Positions 12,017 to 24,652 of a stretch of 64,000 nt of DNA are shown piece after piece. The notes under the pieces are model-generated. The model was given only the letters and a program-made list of their open reading frames with translations, was not told the origin of the DNA and made no database searches. The position numbers were made by a program, and so were the translations under genes. How positions within the stretch are numbered: position 1 is the first letter of the stretch; each line of letters starts with the position of its first letter. Origin of the DNA: Octopus sinensis (lineage: Eukaryota); NCBI RefSeq assembly GCF_006345805.1, contig NC_042999.1, forward strand, positions 108,128,001 through 108,192,000, written 5' to 3'.

Positions 12017-13984
12017 TGGTTTTATATGCCCAGAGTTTTACTTGTGCAACACCGTTCTGAGTTGAGTGCTTACCTACTAACTTACTGTAGTCCAAATAAA
12101 ATTAATTTTTGCTGTTGTGTTTGAGGGTTCCCAGTACTAACAACTATTTTTATCATACTCAAATTTGCTTTTATAGTTTTTCTCTTGAACCGACTAGTCA
12201 TTGTTTCATCCATCTTAAAACTGTTACAAGTCAAATGGTAAATACACCAATGAAAACATACTGAAATATCGCTGCTCCCATATTACCATGATTTACAATA
12301 GCCACTTCTATAAATACTCACCTGTAATGTAATCTTAAGAGTCTGTTAATTAAAATCTCTTTGCACAAGATATGCTAAATGGAATTAATTTTAAGTCGAG
12401 CAATATGAAACCTACAATGAAGGTTTTTAATAGTGGTAAGATCAAAATATTCTGTTTAAAACTAATCAGATTAGAAGTGATAATTAAAAGAGTTATATTT
12501 TGTGCCAGATGAGATGCAAGCAAATGCTGACATTTCCAGCCTAAGATATAAAAATGCCAGTAACATAAAACTGCAAACATACAAATCAAACAACAAATTA
12601 AGCTCAAATTTGTTTTCTCATAGATTATTAACTTAATTATTTTCAGCGACTTTATACAATTAATTTATCACCCTAAAATATTTGAGCATAATAATGTTAA
12701 CTTAAAAGTGTTGACAACAATTTAAAATAGATACACTCAGGTATGCCTCATTTATATTTAATCAAAAAACTCTTAATGTGGATATTTAGAACACAGTAAA
12801 TATTCTGGTATTTATTTCTCGTCAGAGGTAATGAATATAAAAGTTAACCAGCCATAGTATCTTAACTTGAAATATTTTATCTTGAATATGCTTTTTACTT
12901 GGGTATAACAATCTTTATCACTTGTTTGTGAGTAATGCTAACTGAAGTAATCCACTTTTTTCAAAGATCCACTCTGATCAATTGTTCAAGAAAGTGAAAA
13001 TGTGGATTATTTCTGCTAATTTTCTATCCTGGTTTTTGTTTCCAATTTTAAATGCATTTCATAAATTTATTTTTTAGTTAAGTTGACCAAGGATGAAATA
13101 TATACATTCTATGCCACATCTCTTTCTCTAAGACATTCAAACATATGGGATATCCAGAGATGACAAGTTTATGATCAGTTTAGAGGCATAGTAAAAAGTA
13201 TAGCTACAGTTGTGAAGGTGTCAATTTTGTTATTGCATGCATATATGACAAAACTCAATAAACTAGAAATAAATTTAAGTTTATGTTTACTTCATGAAGT
13301 AGAATTTTCTTTCCTTTTAACTTGCCACTACTTATAATCACCAGAAAAATAACTTTATTACATCACTATTAATCAACAGAAGATAGTTTGTAAAAAGCTC
13401 CATGACCAACGAGAATGCATTTTTGTATGGTTGGACTAAATGTAATACTCAGTATAACCAAGTTTATTATATTCATATATATATTTTTTTTTTCACTTCA
13501 CACTTGTTGTATAGATTTAGTTCTTAGGTTTTTCTGCTTATTGTCATTGGACTAATATTTGTCATTTATTTTATTTCAAATGTATATTTCCAGTTCTTTG
13601 TAAACATCTAAACTTTCATCTAAACTATCAACCAGAGAGTTGATAATATGTATATAAATATTAATCTGTTGCCTGGTTGATGGACCATGTGAAAAAGATA
13701 TATTGCTGCAAATCATTGAAGTTATTTATCATGATAGATAAAATTGTACAAATTTAAAGAATGAAAGAAATAATAGGTCAGTGTAACATGAGGCTTTTGG
13801 GAGAAAAGAGGCTTCAGGGAGAAAATAATTTTATTCTGTTCATAGTATGTTAGATCTACTTAATGGTTGTAGTTTGACTATAAAGTTGTTTTTTTTACTT
13901 TGTTTATATTTCATAAATTTATAGCCATTAAAATATATATGAAATATCATGAGAAACCATAAATAAGGAAATCATTGTTATATT

Positions 13985-14092
13985 TATTTATTTAATATTA
14001 TTATTATTATTATTATTATTATTATCATCATCATTATTATTATTATTATTATCATCATCATCATTGTTATTGTTATTATTATTATTATTATT
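13985..14092. repeat. (TTA)n/(TCA)n trinucleotide microsatellite
   Basis: Seen directly. Explains the poly-N/D ORF at 13988-14203. Confidence 0.95.
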
Positions 14093-14093
14093 G

Positions 14094-14306
14094 AAGTAGC
14101 AAGCTGGCAGAATTGATAGCACACCAGGCAGAATGCTTAGTGGTATTTCATCCATCTTCACATTCTGAGTGCAAATTTTGCAAAGATCAACTTTGCTTTT
14201 CATCCTTTCAGGGTCAATAAAATAATGTACCAGTTGAGTACTAGGGTCAATGTAATCAACTATGCCCCTCCCCCAAATTTCAGGCCTTGTGCCTATAGTA
14301 GAAAGG

Positions 14307-14345
<39 letters not shown>

Positions 14346-15310
14346 TAAGGTGGTGATCTGGAGAAGCCAGTTGGATAGAATACCCTGTAGTATTTGTTCT
14401 GAGCATTTACATTGTGAGTTCAAATTCTTCTACAGTCAACTTTGTCATTCGTTCAATGCTCGGTAAAATAAACTACCAATCAACTACAAGAATTAAGTTA
14501 ATTGATTAATCCATCCCCTAGATTTCAAGCCTTGTGCCTATGTTAGAAACATTTATACATCCTTTTGCGATTGGTAAGTAAAGTATCAGCCTAGAATGAA
14601 AAAAATGTTAGAATTGTTAGTGTTGAACAATATGCTTTGTAGTATTTGTTCTAACTTTAAATTCTGTCTTCTGTTGCTGGGATCCTCATTATGGGAAGAA
14701 GAGCTTCCAGATCTTGCCTAACGGTCCTTCTAATGCCAGATGAAGCCCTGTATCAGTGGGAACACTTCAGTTGCATCAGAGTGTATTAATGACTAACCAA
14801 GCAATCTTTGCACTGAAATAGGGTTAAGGTTATTTTAAGTGATTGATGGCAGAACCAGTAAAGCACAAAACAAAATGTTTCATAGAATTAATTTATGCCT
14901 CTGTAAATAAGATTTCAAATTCTGCTTGGGTTGACTTCATTCCTTCTCATTCTATGTTTGGTAAGAAATATTCTAGTTAAGGGTCTCTATTGATTCAATT
15001 TACTTCTCCCACAAGTCTGTGGCTGTGTTAGAAATCCCACCGTCACCTTTATTATCTAATCATTATTCCTGTTTGTAATATTCTGCAATACTCTATGGGT
15101 TATGACTTCGGGTAAAGTATTTTGGTAGAATCTATGGAGTGGTGAGCAATAAGGCCTTGTGGTATTACTTGTGGTATTGAGTTCAAATTCTGCTGAGGTG
15201 AATTTTGCATTCTATTCTTCTGGGGCCAGTAAAATAAAGTACCAGTCTAGTGCTAAGATTGATGTAAATCAACTAAAAATTGCTGTCCTTGTGCCTAAAT
15301 TAGAAACAGG
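14094..15310 (+). mobile_element. Cluster of same-orientation SINE family B copies (14094-14307, 14346-14551, about 14590-14670 partial, about 14838-15035, about 15170-15310)
   Basis: Repeated gagttcaaattct...gtcaactttg...ccttgtgccta..tagaaa modules. The first two are separated only by (TTA)n at 14308-14344. Confidence 0.75.
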
Positions 15311-15804
15311 CTTCACTGGATAAATGAGTAAAGCTTTTGCACTTGTAAAGCATCTTGTGCGCAGAGTGTTTTGTTTCATTTTTAAAAAATTCCTTAACAC
15401 AAAGGCAAAATTTTTATTTTTTTATTTTTATAAATGCGTGATATTACAGAAATAATGGAAATGAGAAAAACTGTAAATATTTTGTAGTTTGAATATCAAA
15501 CAAAGATTAAACTTTTTGTTAACTTATTTCTCTTAAAAAACAATAAACAAATTAACAAAATACTTTTGCTATTATTAAGATTGTGAATGAAACGTAAATT
15601 ATAATGAAATTGAATTTAAATGGAAAGTTTTTATTTATATTACTGTAAAAAGGAGTTTATATTATAGCACCAGTGACTATTTCAGGTTGGTTGGTATCAA
15701 AAGGGTTGAAATATAAAATATGTACAAGATGAAATTTACTGAAGAAATGCAATTTTAATTATTTTATGGAGATTGTTACTCATCAAAATTTGCTTTATAG
15801 TCTT

Positions 15805-16291
15805 TAGCTAAGTGAGGTCATAATCCTGTGGCCTTTACCTGGGATGTAGCCGGCCCACTTATGCATTCCTTTCCTTCTTGGGAAACAAAACTCCACTTGT
15901 GAAGACCTGTTGAGGCAAGTGAAAATCAAAATTGTAATCGATCAACATCAATGGAATTTGTAGCTGTGATACCAGTGCCGGTGGCACATAAGAGAACCAT
16001 CCGAATGTGGCCGTAGCCAGCGCCGCCCTGACTGGCCTCCGTGCCAGTGGCACATAAAAAGCACCATCTGATTGTGGCCGTTTGCCAGCTTCGTCTGGCA
16101 CCTGTGCCATTGGCACATAAAAATTACCCATACACTCACGGAGTGGTTGGCGTTAGGAAGGGCATCCAGCTGTAGAAACACTGCCAGATCAGACTGGGCC
16201 TAGTGCAGCCTTCTGGCTTCCCAGACCCCAGTTGAACTGTCCAACCCATGCTAGCATGGAAAGCGGATGTTAAACGATGATGATGATGATA
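15805..16291 (+). mobile_element. RTE LINE 3' UTR fragment with 2.5 tandem units of about 65 bp and a (GAT)n tail
   Basis: Nearly identical to 9567-9840 over cactcacggagtggttggcgttaggaaggg...ccaacccatgctagcatggaaag..taaacgatgatg. Confidence 0.9.
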
Positions 16292-16629
16292 ATTGAAACA
16301 CAAATTAATATGTACCCAATTTATAATCTACTAAAATGCAAAGCATTATTAATACCCTGTCTCAGTTTTTCTCAAACTGAGTAACAGAAAACTTGTGATT
16401 CTAAAGATTGTAATTTTTCAGATGATTAATTTCATCTTTAAGTTTCAAGAGGCCTTTTTAATTTTTACATTTGTGTTCTGTTTTGATGGTCATTATCTTA
16501 TTCCTGAATATGTACATTGCATTGGTCAGTAATGGAACTAGGAAACTTTATTTCTAAAAATAGAAAAGAGGGTTATAACACTCTTGTTCACTAAGCCACT
16601 GGTGCATGTGAATCTGTAGCTACCCACCA

Positions 16630-16910
16630 CTTTTTATTTTTACTTGCTCTTTCTGGAGAAAGGTGCAGAACAGGTCCTCTGAGACTTGTGCAACTGATAC
16701 TGTTAATGTTCTGTTTAAACTGTTACAAGTTGACACCTGCCGGAAAGGCATGAGCAAAGAGGAGATTTCTGAAGAATGATGTTCTGGATAAGAACTGTGC
16801 AGGGCAAGACTGAATATGGAGTGGTGGATAGATGTGCATAGCAAGGATATTGAGAGGTAGAAAGACAAGTTGGTCATGAGTGCTTGAGTGGAGGGAGGTA
16901 CTAGACTCAA
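16630..16910 (-). mobile_element. Degenerate CR1/L2-group LINE 3' end
   Basis: Minus frame QFLSRTSFFRNLLFAHAFPAGVNL*QFKQNINSI resembles the FFPRT..LWN.LP...FP....L..FK C-terminal signature of CR1-group ORF2. Confidence 0.55.
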
Positions 16911-17260
16911 AGGAACAGAAGCTTAATAGCTAAGAGCATTATTTGTTCTTAGTGTCTTGTTTGAATTTTGTTTGGTACTTAGCAAATATTCAGAAATATG
17001 ACACCAGACACTGGTGGGAGATTAAACTAGTAAAAACATAGTATAAATGTAAATAAATGCAAATTATGAAACATCTTTAATTTCTGAAGTATGGCTTCAG
17101 TAATCTGAAAAATGATAAACTAAGATATCTATGATTCTAAGTGATTCAAAATCAAATATGCTATTTCTTAAGTCATTCTCAAGATGTAAGCTGTCTGATA
17201 TTTGGATTGACATTTAACTATATTATTATATATATATATATATATATATACATACATATA

Positions 17261-17459
17261 AAGTTAATCCAAACAAGAAAACACAAAAAAACACAACAAC
17301 GCGGGCACGTGGAACAAATATAGTATTATTGGACACTCAGGAAAGAAGGAGGGTATAACGTTTCGAGTGGAGCTCTTCGTCAGAAACATAGGAGAAGGAA
17401 AGATCCAGAGAAGGGAAGACAGAGGGAAAAAAATCGCCAACGGTACACACGAGGTCACA
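17261..17459 (-). mobile_element. Penelope-like element terminal (pLTR-type) fragment carrying a hammerhead motif
   Basis: CpG-retaining 200-bp unit between (TA)n and (GATA)n tracts. The minus strand contains ctgacgaagagctccactcgaaacgtt, the CUGANGA..GAAAC-GU motif typical of PLE ends. Confidence 0.7.
17353..17387 (-). ncRNA. Minimal type-I hammerhead ribozyme motif (canonical core, palindromic stem III, probably partly decayed)
   Basis: Minus strand reads GUUU-CUGACGA-A-GAG(CUCCA)CUC-GAAA-CG-U-U-AUAC. Stem I has 3 of 4 pairs, stem II has 3 bp, and stem III is the palindrome ACGU. Confidence 0.65.
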
Positions 17460-17484
17460 GATAGATAGATAGATAGATAGATAG
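17458..17484. repeat. (GATA)n tetranucleotide microsatellite
   Basis: Seen directly. Confidence 0.9.
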
Positions 17485-18589
17485 AGTTAATGGATGAAAG
17501 TATATGTAGAAAATTAGTTAGTTATCACATAGTTTATTGAAAGCTTTATCTAGTTTGTACTTTCAATGTGAGTTCTCTTAAGTCTCTTTAAAGCTCTTAA
17601 GTCAGCTGTTTTCAAGTATCTGCTTTTTATTTATTTAATGCTTTCAAACTGTTTTAAAGTTATCATTTTATCTTAGCCTTCAGCTTAAATAGTTCTTTTA
17701 TCTGGCTTCAAACATTATTTTCTTTAAGCTCTTTAATAAATTTTATATTTCTGATTGCTATCCATTGTATTTATTGACTGGATCAGAAGCTAATCTTATA
17801 GCTGTATTGATTTTCTTCAATTTTATAATACCTAATACACCTGTTATCGGTAAAAAATAGTGAATTTTGTAACATATTGAAACTTTATTGCCAATTGGGG
17901 AAATTGAGTTCTTCATAACCTCTTTCATAGCAGCTGAAGAAAATGTGTTAGGTTCGAAGAGAATTATTTGCTGGTGGTGTTAATGTCTAAATTGCATAAT
18001 GTATTAATGCAAGCTGAGTGTCCTAAACAAATTATAGTGCAAAATAAGTGCATATGTAGTTTAGATGCTGCTCTTATCCACTGAAATTACAAAAATAGTG
18101 TATATATTATTAACCATAACTGAACTCTAGACAGATTTCAATCTGAACAGCGTAGCAATTCTGTGAGTTATAAGATTTAGAGTGAAATATTCAATTAAAC
18201 TATATTAAATAGCTGTTGAACTTTGAATTGAAATGAATATATTGTTTAGTGTGATTTATTTATGGCATAATAATTTCTGGTATTTAATGGGTGTTAGCTA
18301 CTCATCCAGTTTCCATGCCACTTGGCAAAATTTTCTGTTAAACTTATAAGAGATAACAATTGATAACCTGCAAGAGCACAATTTGTTTTATGTATCAGTA
18401 TATTTACAAGCAAAAGCAGTATGTGTGAACCACAACTATTATTTCAGTATTGTGTAGAGAGCAATTTCAATAATTTCAATGTAGATTTCACTATGCTTCA
18501 TAATAATCTTGTGATAACACAAGAACAATTTGATTGGCAGAAATACTACTGCTTGCAAACAGGCTGAGAGGAATAAGCTTATTATTATT

Positions 18590-18750
18590 TAGTCCCAGGC
18601 CATCCCTATGATCAAAAATCTTTCAGAATTATATTATCTGTTCTTTCTTCTTTGTTAAGAAAGATAGTATGGCTTTATAAATTTGATGGATATTTCTCAG
18701 GTGTTTCTAGCTGCTTGAGTGACAATCTGGAGAATTTCCTATTGGCTTGA
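18590..18750 (-). mobile_element. Degenerate repeat family F copy (retroposon 3' end with a (CAA)n tail in the sense orientation)
   Basis: cctatgatcaaa...gatatttctcaggtgtttctagc...cctattggct matches the copies at 46120, 52485 and 53450. Confidence 0.5.
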
Positions 18751-20834
18751 AAATAGTAAAATTTTATGGAATGGAATGTTCTCTGGAATACTAAATGTCC
18801 AAATTTGATTTCTTGTCCAACTGAATAGTAACATAAATGAAGAACTAACCAAACCTCAGTCTTGAATCTTCGGTTTCTTTTTATTTCTCTTCTTCCTTCA
18901 CATGAAATAGAATTTGAAATTTATTAAAACCTTTGAAAATAAATGCACCTTATAAAGTGTCATAAAACCGATAAAAGTTAGAATCCAAATATTTTAATAG
19001 AATAATTTTTTTATTCCACTTTGGAAGCTATTTGTATTTACTGATCAAAATTTTTTTTTTTTAACAATGAAAAGGAAAGTTAATAATACAATCAAATTAA
19101 TGAGAACATTTCAAAATGTTATGTTATTGAATCAGCTGAAAGAGCATGAAGTAACACAAAACACACAATTATATTCCATATTCATTTCTAACAATACAAG
19201 ACTTTTCCATTTTGATTAGTGTGATTTAGAGTAACCACTTGGTTCTCAGTGTAGAGATATTCATTCACATTCTAGCAACAAACTAGCGTAATAGGCTTTA
19301 ATGGTTAATTGGCTGGGCTTTTTTTTAATAAAATCTCACATGCAATCATTTTCTTATTCTTTCCTGTAATCCATTTTTTAATGTCTAATAACATAGCATT
19401 TAATATCTTCCTTACAATATTGAATCAAATTTCATTGATATATTATAGATGGATGTGCTGTTCTTGCTCAGCCACTAGTGTACACATTCAACAGGTCTAA
19501 ACAAGTTTGATCTATTATCTGAAACACTACAAAACCAATTTCTGTCATTATCATCATCTTTTCTTTTTACAGCTTTTTTTTTTCATCTATTTCGTTTTTT
19601 AAACAAAAACAACTTTTATTCAAATCTCTTAACCAGTTTCCATTTCTGTTTTCATCAAACTTTATTTTACTGGAGATCATTGCACACTGAACACTCCCAT
19701 ATTGTTCTTACTGTCAGATATATACCTATCTCTCCCTCATTCACTCATCCTCTGTTTTTTTATACATATACACACACAACCTGTAAGATACAGAAAATTG
19801 CAAAAGAGAAATAATATGTACAAAATAGTTTTTCTTTCCTGTGTGTCTATTAGTGAAGAAGGAAAAAACAACAACAAAAAGACAAAAAATTATTTTTGAA
19901 CTTCTTTATCCATAAATTGTATTTAACCACTAATGGCAGGAACATAATAAACCAGACATTATTTAGTTGTACTTTATAGCATGACAGGAAAAGATTCCTA
20001 CTAACTCTAAATTTTCTTTTGAAAAGCAATGCATTTAATTTACAGGAGAATGTCATTTATTTAGAAAATTTCCTTCTTTGAAAATTCTTAGCAACTTTTT
20101 TTTTTCATATATATATGTGTGTGTGTGTGTATAAAGCAAGGAAGTAGTCAGTGAAAATCTAGTTAAATTTCCATCAAACTGTTATTGAATACTTCAATAC
20201 TTTAAAATTCATTGCATGCATTCATTTTTGAAGTATTCGCTAGTGTTAATCTATAGAACATCTTGCGATAATGCAGGGCCAATTTGTCTTTTTCGTCTTT
20301 ATGTAAAAGACAGGAAACTTTAAAATTGTATGATTTTTTTTTTTAAAAGTAATGTATCATATTGAGTTGTTGATTTGTTTTGTAGTTCGAGAAAGTGTTT
20401 AAATACTTAAATATTTTATTATTTTGTTGTAAATATTTTTTACATAGCATACATAATTTGAGAGATCATTTTTAATAAAATTTTTTTATCAAAATTTAAG
20501 GTGAACTTTCCATTTGATGTAATTTATAACTATATCAGAAATACTGTTTCACTTCCAAAGTATAAAACCATCTTGTAAGATATGGAAAGTGATTAATTGC
20601 TTGTGTGTATTTGTATCGTCTATAGTAAAAGAAGTGGGCTAACGAGAGAATCTCAACATGGTTATTCAACTTGCTAGCAATAACAACTAAATTTTCCTCA
20701 AATCATACATACTATATCAAAGTGCAAAATAACACATTAAAAAATGTAATCCTTGGTGCATTGTGCCTGACAGTAAAAAAAGATAGCTCATCTGGAATGC
20801 TTTTGACCTTAGAACTACTCAATTGGATCTGGCT

Positions 20835-21054
20835 TTACTCTTTAGCATTCAGATTACTTTGTCAAATGTTATGCTTATTCATTCATATTGTTTTGAATTA
20901 ATCATACATTATCTCATAGCTTTGAGATATCAATAATGTGATTGTTTATTTTAAGGTTGTAGGGTAGGTGTGAAAGGCCAAACCTGCCAGATAGAACAGA
21001 AAGCAAGTAGAATATTTGGGGCTGATATGGCCAATTTGAATGCTAAAAGGTTAG
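20835..21054 (+). mobile_element. piggyBac-like MITE (type 1)
   Basis: Terminal inverted repeats ttactctttagcattc / gaatgctaaaaggttag, degenerate forms of TTAA-CCCTTTAGCATT. The body matches 47972-48204. Confidence 0.65.
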
Positions 21055-21981
21055 AGTTAAATATCACTATCAATAATAGAAAAAGTATAATCTTTACTCT
21101 CAATCATCAGCTTTAAGCTTAAATTAGCTGATTGCAATTTATGAATAAAGGTAACTTGTGTAGAAGACTTCTGAGTATCCACTAATCTCAGGTCAGTTTT
21201 CAAAGACCAGGGTCATTTGTATGCCAGTTGGTGAGTTATTTTATTCAAGTTTACAGCTAATTAGTGTAGTTGAATCTTTAATTGATAATCAGGACCAAAG
21301 CTACTGTCTCAATTTATCCAACTGATATTTCAAGCAAGAAATATTAAAATACAATGGCTAGTTTTGCAATGTTTTATTATACAAAACAGAGAAAAATTAC
21401 TGTCTTTTACATTACAACTTATCGAAATACATGAGTCTTTAAATATTCCTTCAGGTCATTTGAAGGTAAAAGAATAAAATTAACTGCAAACTCTGTTAGC
21501 ATTAATCTTTCATTTCCTATTGACACATACATCTAATTATGTTTATTGACAAATATGTATCTGGTCACACCATATATCCTGATTTGTTGAACCAAATATC
21601 TTCCAGCTGTCTTAAATCAATTCATTGTTGAACGAAATGCTAATTTAGTTATGTTTTTTAAATATTAGACTACAAATCTCAACCTTTCACTGCAAAATTG
21701 AATTTCATGGTTATTCCAGTAATGATGTTAAATGTCTAACAAAAAATAGAATTAGTATTTTCTGCAAGTCACATTGCCTCTATAAGTTTGACGTATTTCA
21801 ACAAAAATAGTTTCAAATATTCCTCAACACAAAATAGATTCACATAGAAAAGTGCTTTCTGCTGTTAAAAGTGATGGAACTTAGAGTAGATATATCTGAT
21901 TTCCAGGGTAAAGGATTAACTTTTACCCTGGAAATCAGTTATAACTTCAGTTATAATTCAATAAAATATTCAATAGTTTGC

Positions 21982-22365
21982 ACTTTTACTCTTTTAACAC
22001 TTTCACTTGCTTCAGTCATTTGACTGTGGCTATGCTGGAGCACCACCTTAAGTCAAGAACATCGACCCCGAGGACTTATTCTTTGGAAGCCTAGTACTTA
22101 TTCTATCGGTGTCTTTTGCCGAACCACTAAGTTACGGGGACGTAAACACACCAGCATTGGTTGTCAAGCAATGTTGGAGGGACAAACACAAACATATACA
22201 CACACATGCATATATATATACATATACACAACTAGCTTCTTTCAGTTTCCATCTACCAAATCCACTCACAAGAAGACACTTGCCCAAGGTGCCATGCAGT
22301 GGGACTGAACCTGGAACCTTGTGGTTCGTAAGGAAGCTACTTACCACACAGCCACTCCTACACCT
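21982..22365 (-). mobile_element. Near full-length SINE family A copy with a small internal deletion
   Basis: Reverse complement of the 11569 and 51005 copies, from tail (cacttgcttcagtcatttgactg) to head (cttaccacacagccactcctacacct). Confidence 0.92.
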
Positions 22366-22393
22366 GATAAAATAATGTCAATAATATCTTCAT

Positions 22394-22560
22394 GTAAGAC
22401 ATTGAGCTGGCAGAATTGTTACCATGCTGGGCAAAATACTTACCAGCATTTTGTCTATCTTTATGCTCTCAGTTTAAATTCAGCCAAGTTTGACTTTACC
22501 TTCCATCCTTTTGAGGTCAATAAAATAAGAACCAGTTGAGCACTTGGGTTTATGTACATG
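22394..22560 (+). mobile_element. SINE family B copy
   Basis: gagctggcagaattgtt...tttaaattcagccaagtttgactttaccttccatccttttgaggtcaataaaataagaaccagttgagcact. Confidence 0.8.
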
Positions 22561-23319
22561 GTATTATTGTCACCCCTAGACTTACTGAGCAATGCAATGC
22601 GGAATGGTTATGTGAATTTACTCATTCTTGATGTGGTCCAAGTGTAATCTGATTAAGCTGTTGCTGTAGTATCTCACTATCAATGTCTGTATCTTCCTTT
22701 GAATTTCTGCCATGAACATTCATATGCCAGTGCAATTTGGAGCTTTTTTTTTTTTTTTTTTTTTTTTTTGTTATAGTAATGTTCTTATTTTTCCATTTTG
22801 TTTTCCTGAAATTATGGCTGATTTGGTTCTATGCTAGACAACATAAGTTGCTTACTCTTTAGCAGTCTTCAGTTCTTACTTTCTTTAGGAAATCAGTACA
22901 TTTGCTTGAAGTTGATGACCCCAATCTCTTACTGTGTATATTTCCATGCTTCTTAGCATAGACTATCACTTGTTTAACTCCAAGTAATTCCTGATTAGAC
23001 CTTTGGCCGAACATATGGCTACTATGACTTGCCTATCTTTTTGTATATATGTGATTACGCTGAGAAAATGTCCTTTCTCTAACAAGATAGTAAAATGTGA
23101 TTTGATGTTAAATTAATAGAGTAAGATCTGGTAGTTATTCCTTACAAGTCAAACAACTGTGTCAATGCACCTTCATTAGTTTAATTCTCCCTTGTAACTT
23201 CCATAATGTCTTCCAACTGTAACCTTTTCTTCCCCCCCCCCCCAATATATGGTGTCATATGTCAACCACTATAAATACTTATAAATGACATTTGAAATGA
23301 CTCTGCTATGCAATCACTC

Positions 23320-23526
23320 AACTTGCTAAAAATAGCAACCAAAATCTCCCACTTATTGCAACTTATTGTCTTGTAGAAAGGACACAGTGGATAAGTAACT
23401 AAATAAAATAAAAAAATAATGGAATGGAAATAGTGGAAACCTTTGATCATAAATTGATTTGGAGATAAAAAACAACAATAGTAACAACAACAACACCAAT
23501 AATAATAACAACAACAACAACAACAA
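23320..23526 (+). mobile_element. Repeat family F copy with a (CAA)n tail
   Basis: aaatagcaaccaaaatctccc...acctttgatcataa followed by the caacaacaac tract at 23470-23526. Confidence 0.55.
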
Positions 23527-24154
23527 TGTACCATGAGCATGACTACAAATTTTCAGTGCAGACTGATTGATGAATGTTGATACTGAGTAAATGATAAAGC
23601 ATTTCAATATTACTCACTAATATTATCCTAATTTAAAATCTCTCTCAAAAAGCTAATGGATGTTTCCAAGTGAAAATAAGATAAATATTGCAGGTATGAC
23701 AGAAAGTAGATAGCAATTCTCAAAAGAGTTCAGAAACAGTTAGTGCTTAATTTTAAGAGATTAATACCGCAGAAACAAAGACAGTTTTATGGTAGTATAT
23801 TCGTTAATTGGTCTTCAGTATATGGTATACATAATATCGCTCTAACATTTCATTTTAAAAGCCATAGTCTTTTTTCACTTCCCTTTTAATTCACTCTTAT
23901 CAAGCACAGTTGAAATATTTAATCATCATCATCCATTTAACATCCACTCTTCTTTGCTTGTTTGTGTCAGATGGAATTCATTATATCAGATTTCCTACGG
24001 CTATGCTCCTCCTTCCACCAGCTCTCACTTGTTTTCCAGTAAGATATTTCCCCTTGACCAGACATGTTTTCATGGAAGATTGTAAACAAATGATACCACT
24101 TGAATGGTGACATCATTTACAAACTATCATACAGTATCAAAACATAGAGACTCA

Positions 24155-24334
24155 TGCACACACACACACACACACACACATGATGGTCTTTCAATTTCCA
24201 TCATCCAAATCTACTCAGAAGGCTTTGGTTGGCCTGGGGCTATTGTAGAAAATACTTCCTCAAGGTTCCACACAGTAGGAACAAGCCGATTGGTTGGAAG
24301 TGAACTTCTTAGACTCACAGCCATGCTCACACCT
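24155..24334 (-). mobile_element. Degenerate SINE family A 5' half
   Basis: ccaaatctactcagaaggctttggttggcctggggctattgtaga... is reverse-complement family A, preceded by (CA)n. Confidence 0.75.
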
Positions 24335-24339
24335 TATGA

Positions 24340-24470
24340 TCTTGAAAAAGGAGAATTAAGAAAGAAATTGTTGAGAAGGTTGAACTAAGTAAATCTTCTG
24401 TCCAATGTTAAAAGATGTAAAATAAAGTGGTTTGGTCATGTAATCCAGCATCATTCTACTTTAAGAACAT
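24340..24470 (+). mobile_element. RTE (BovB-like) ORF2 fragment
   Basis: From 24395 it reads LLSNVKRCKIKWFGHVIQHHSTL, matching the RTE motif LL..VKRRKL.WFGHV.R. Confidence 0.55.
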
Positions 24471-24499
24471 GTTAAAAAGGATCCTTTACATATTCACAG

Positions 24500-24652
24500 C
24501 AAAAATAACAGCAAATTACACCCTACCATCTGTTAAATAATGAAAGAACATATTGTAGTTGTGGATATCCTTAAAAAGACTAGATAGTCACAGGTAGAAT
24601 ATCTTTCAACATAAGTCTGCTTGATCAGGGCAAACTTAGAGTTAACAACAAA
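24500..24652 (+). mobile_element. Repeat family F copy
   Basis: attacaccctacc...aagtctgcttgatcagggcaaacttagagttaacaacaa is the reverse complement of the 53450 copy's end. Confidence 0.55.

Noticed and set aside
13133-13218. Plus-strand exon candidate IQTYGISRDDKFYDQFRGIVKSIATVVK (also candidates near 8472, 12322, 26880, 27648, 33585 and 38615)
   Set aside because: Weak donor or acceptor, or not phase-linkable to the other candidates, and no recognisable homology. Indistinguishable from chance without RNA data.
13988-14203. Poly-Asn/Asp ORF
   Set aside because: A SINE B antisense frame running into an (AAT/GAT)n microsatellite.
14736-14765. cagatgaagccc...gggaacac, a possible decayed hammerhead
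   Set aside because: Both conserved core segments are mutated (U4 lost, no GAAA). It cannot be supported without a family consensus.
22600-23225. Possible highly decayed LINE coding remnant on the minus strand (similar texture at 30830-31250 and 17490-17800)
   Set aside because: Purine-rich and coding-like, but no diagnostic motif could be read.
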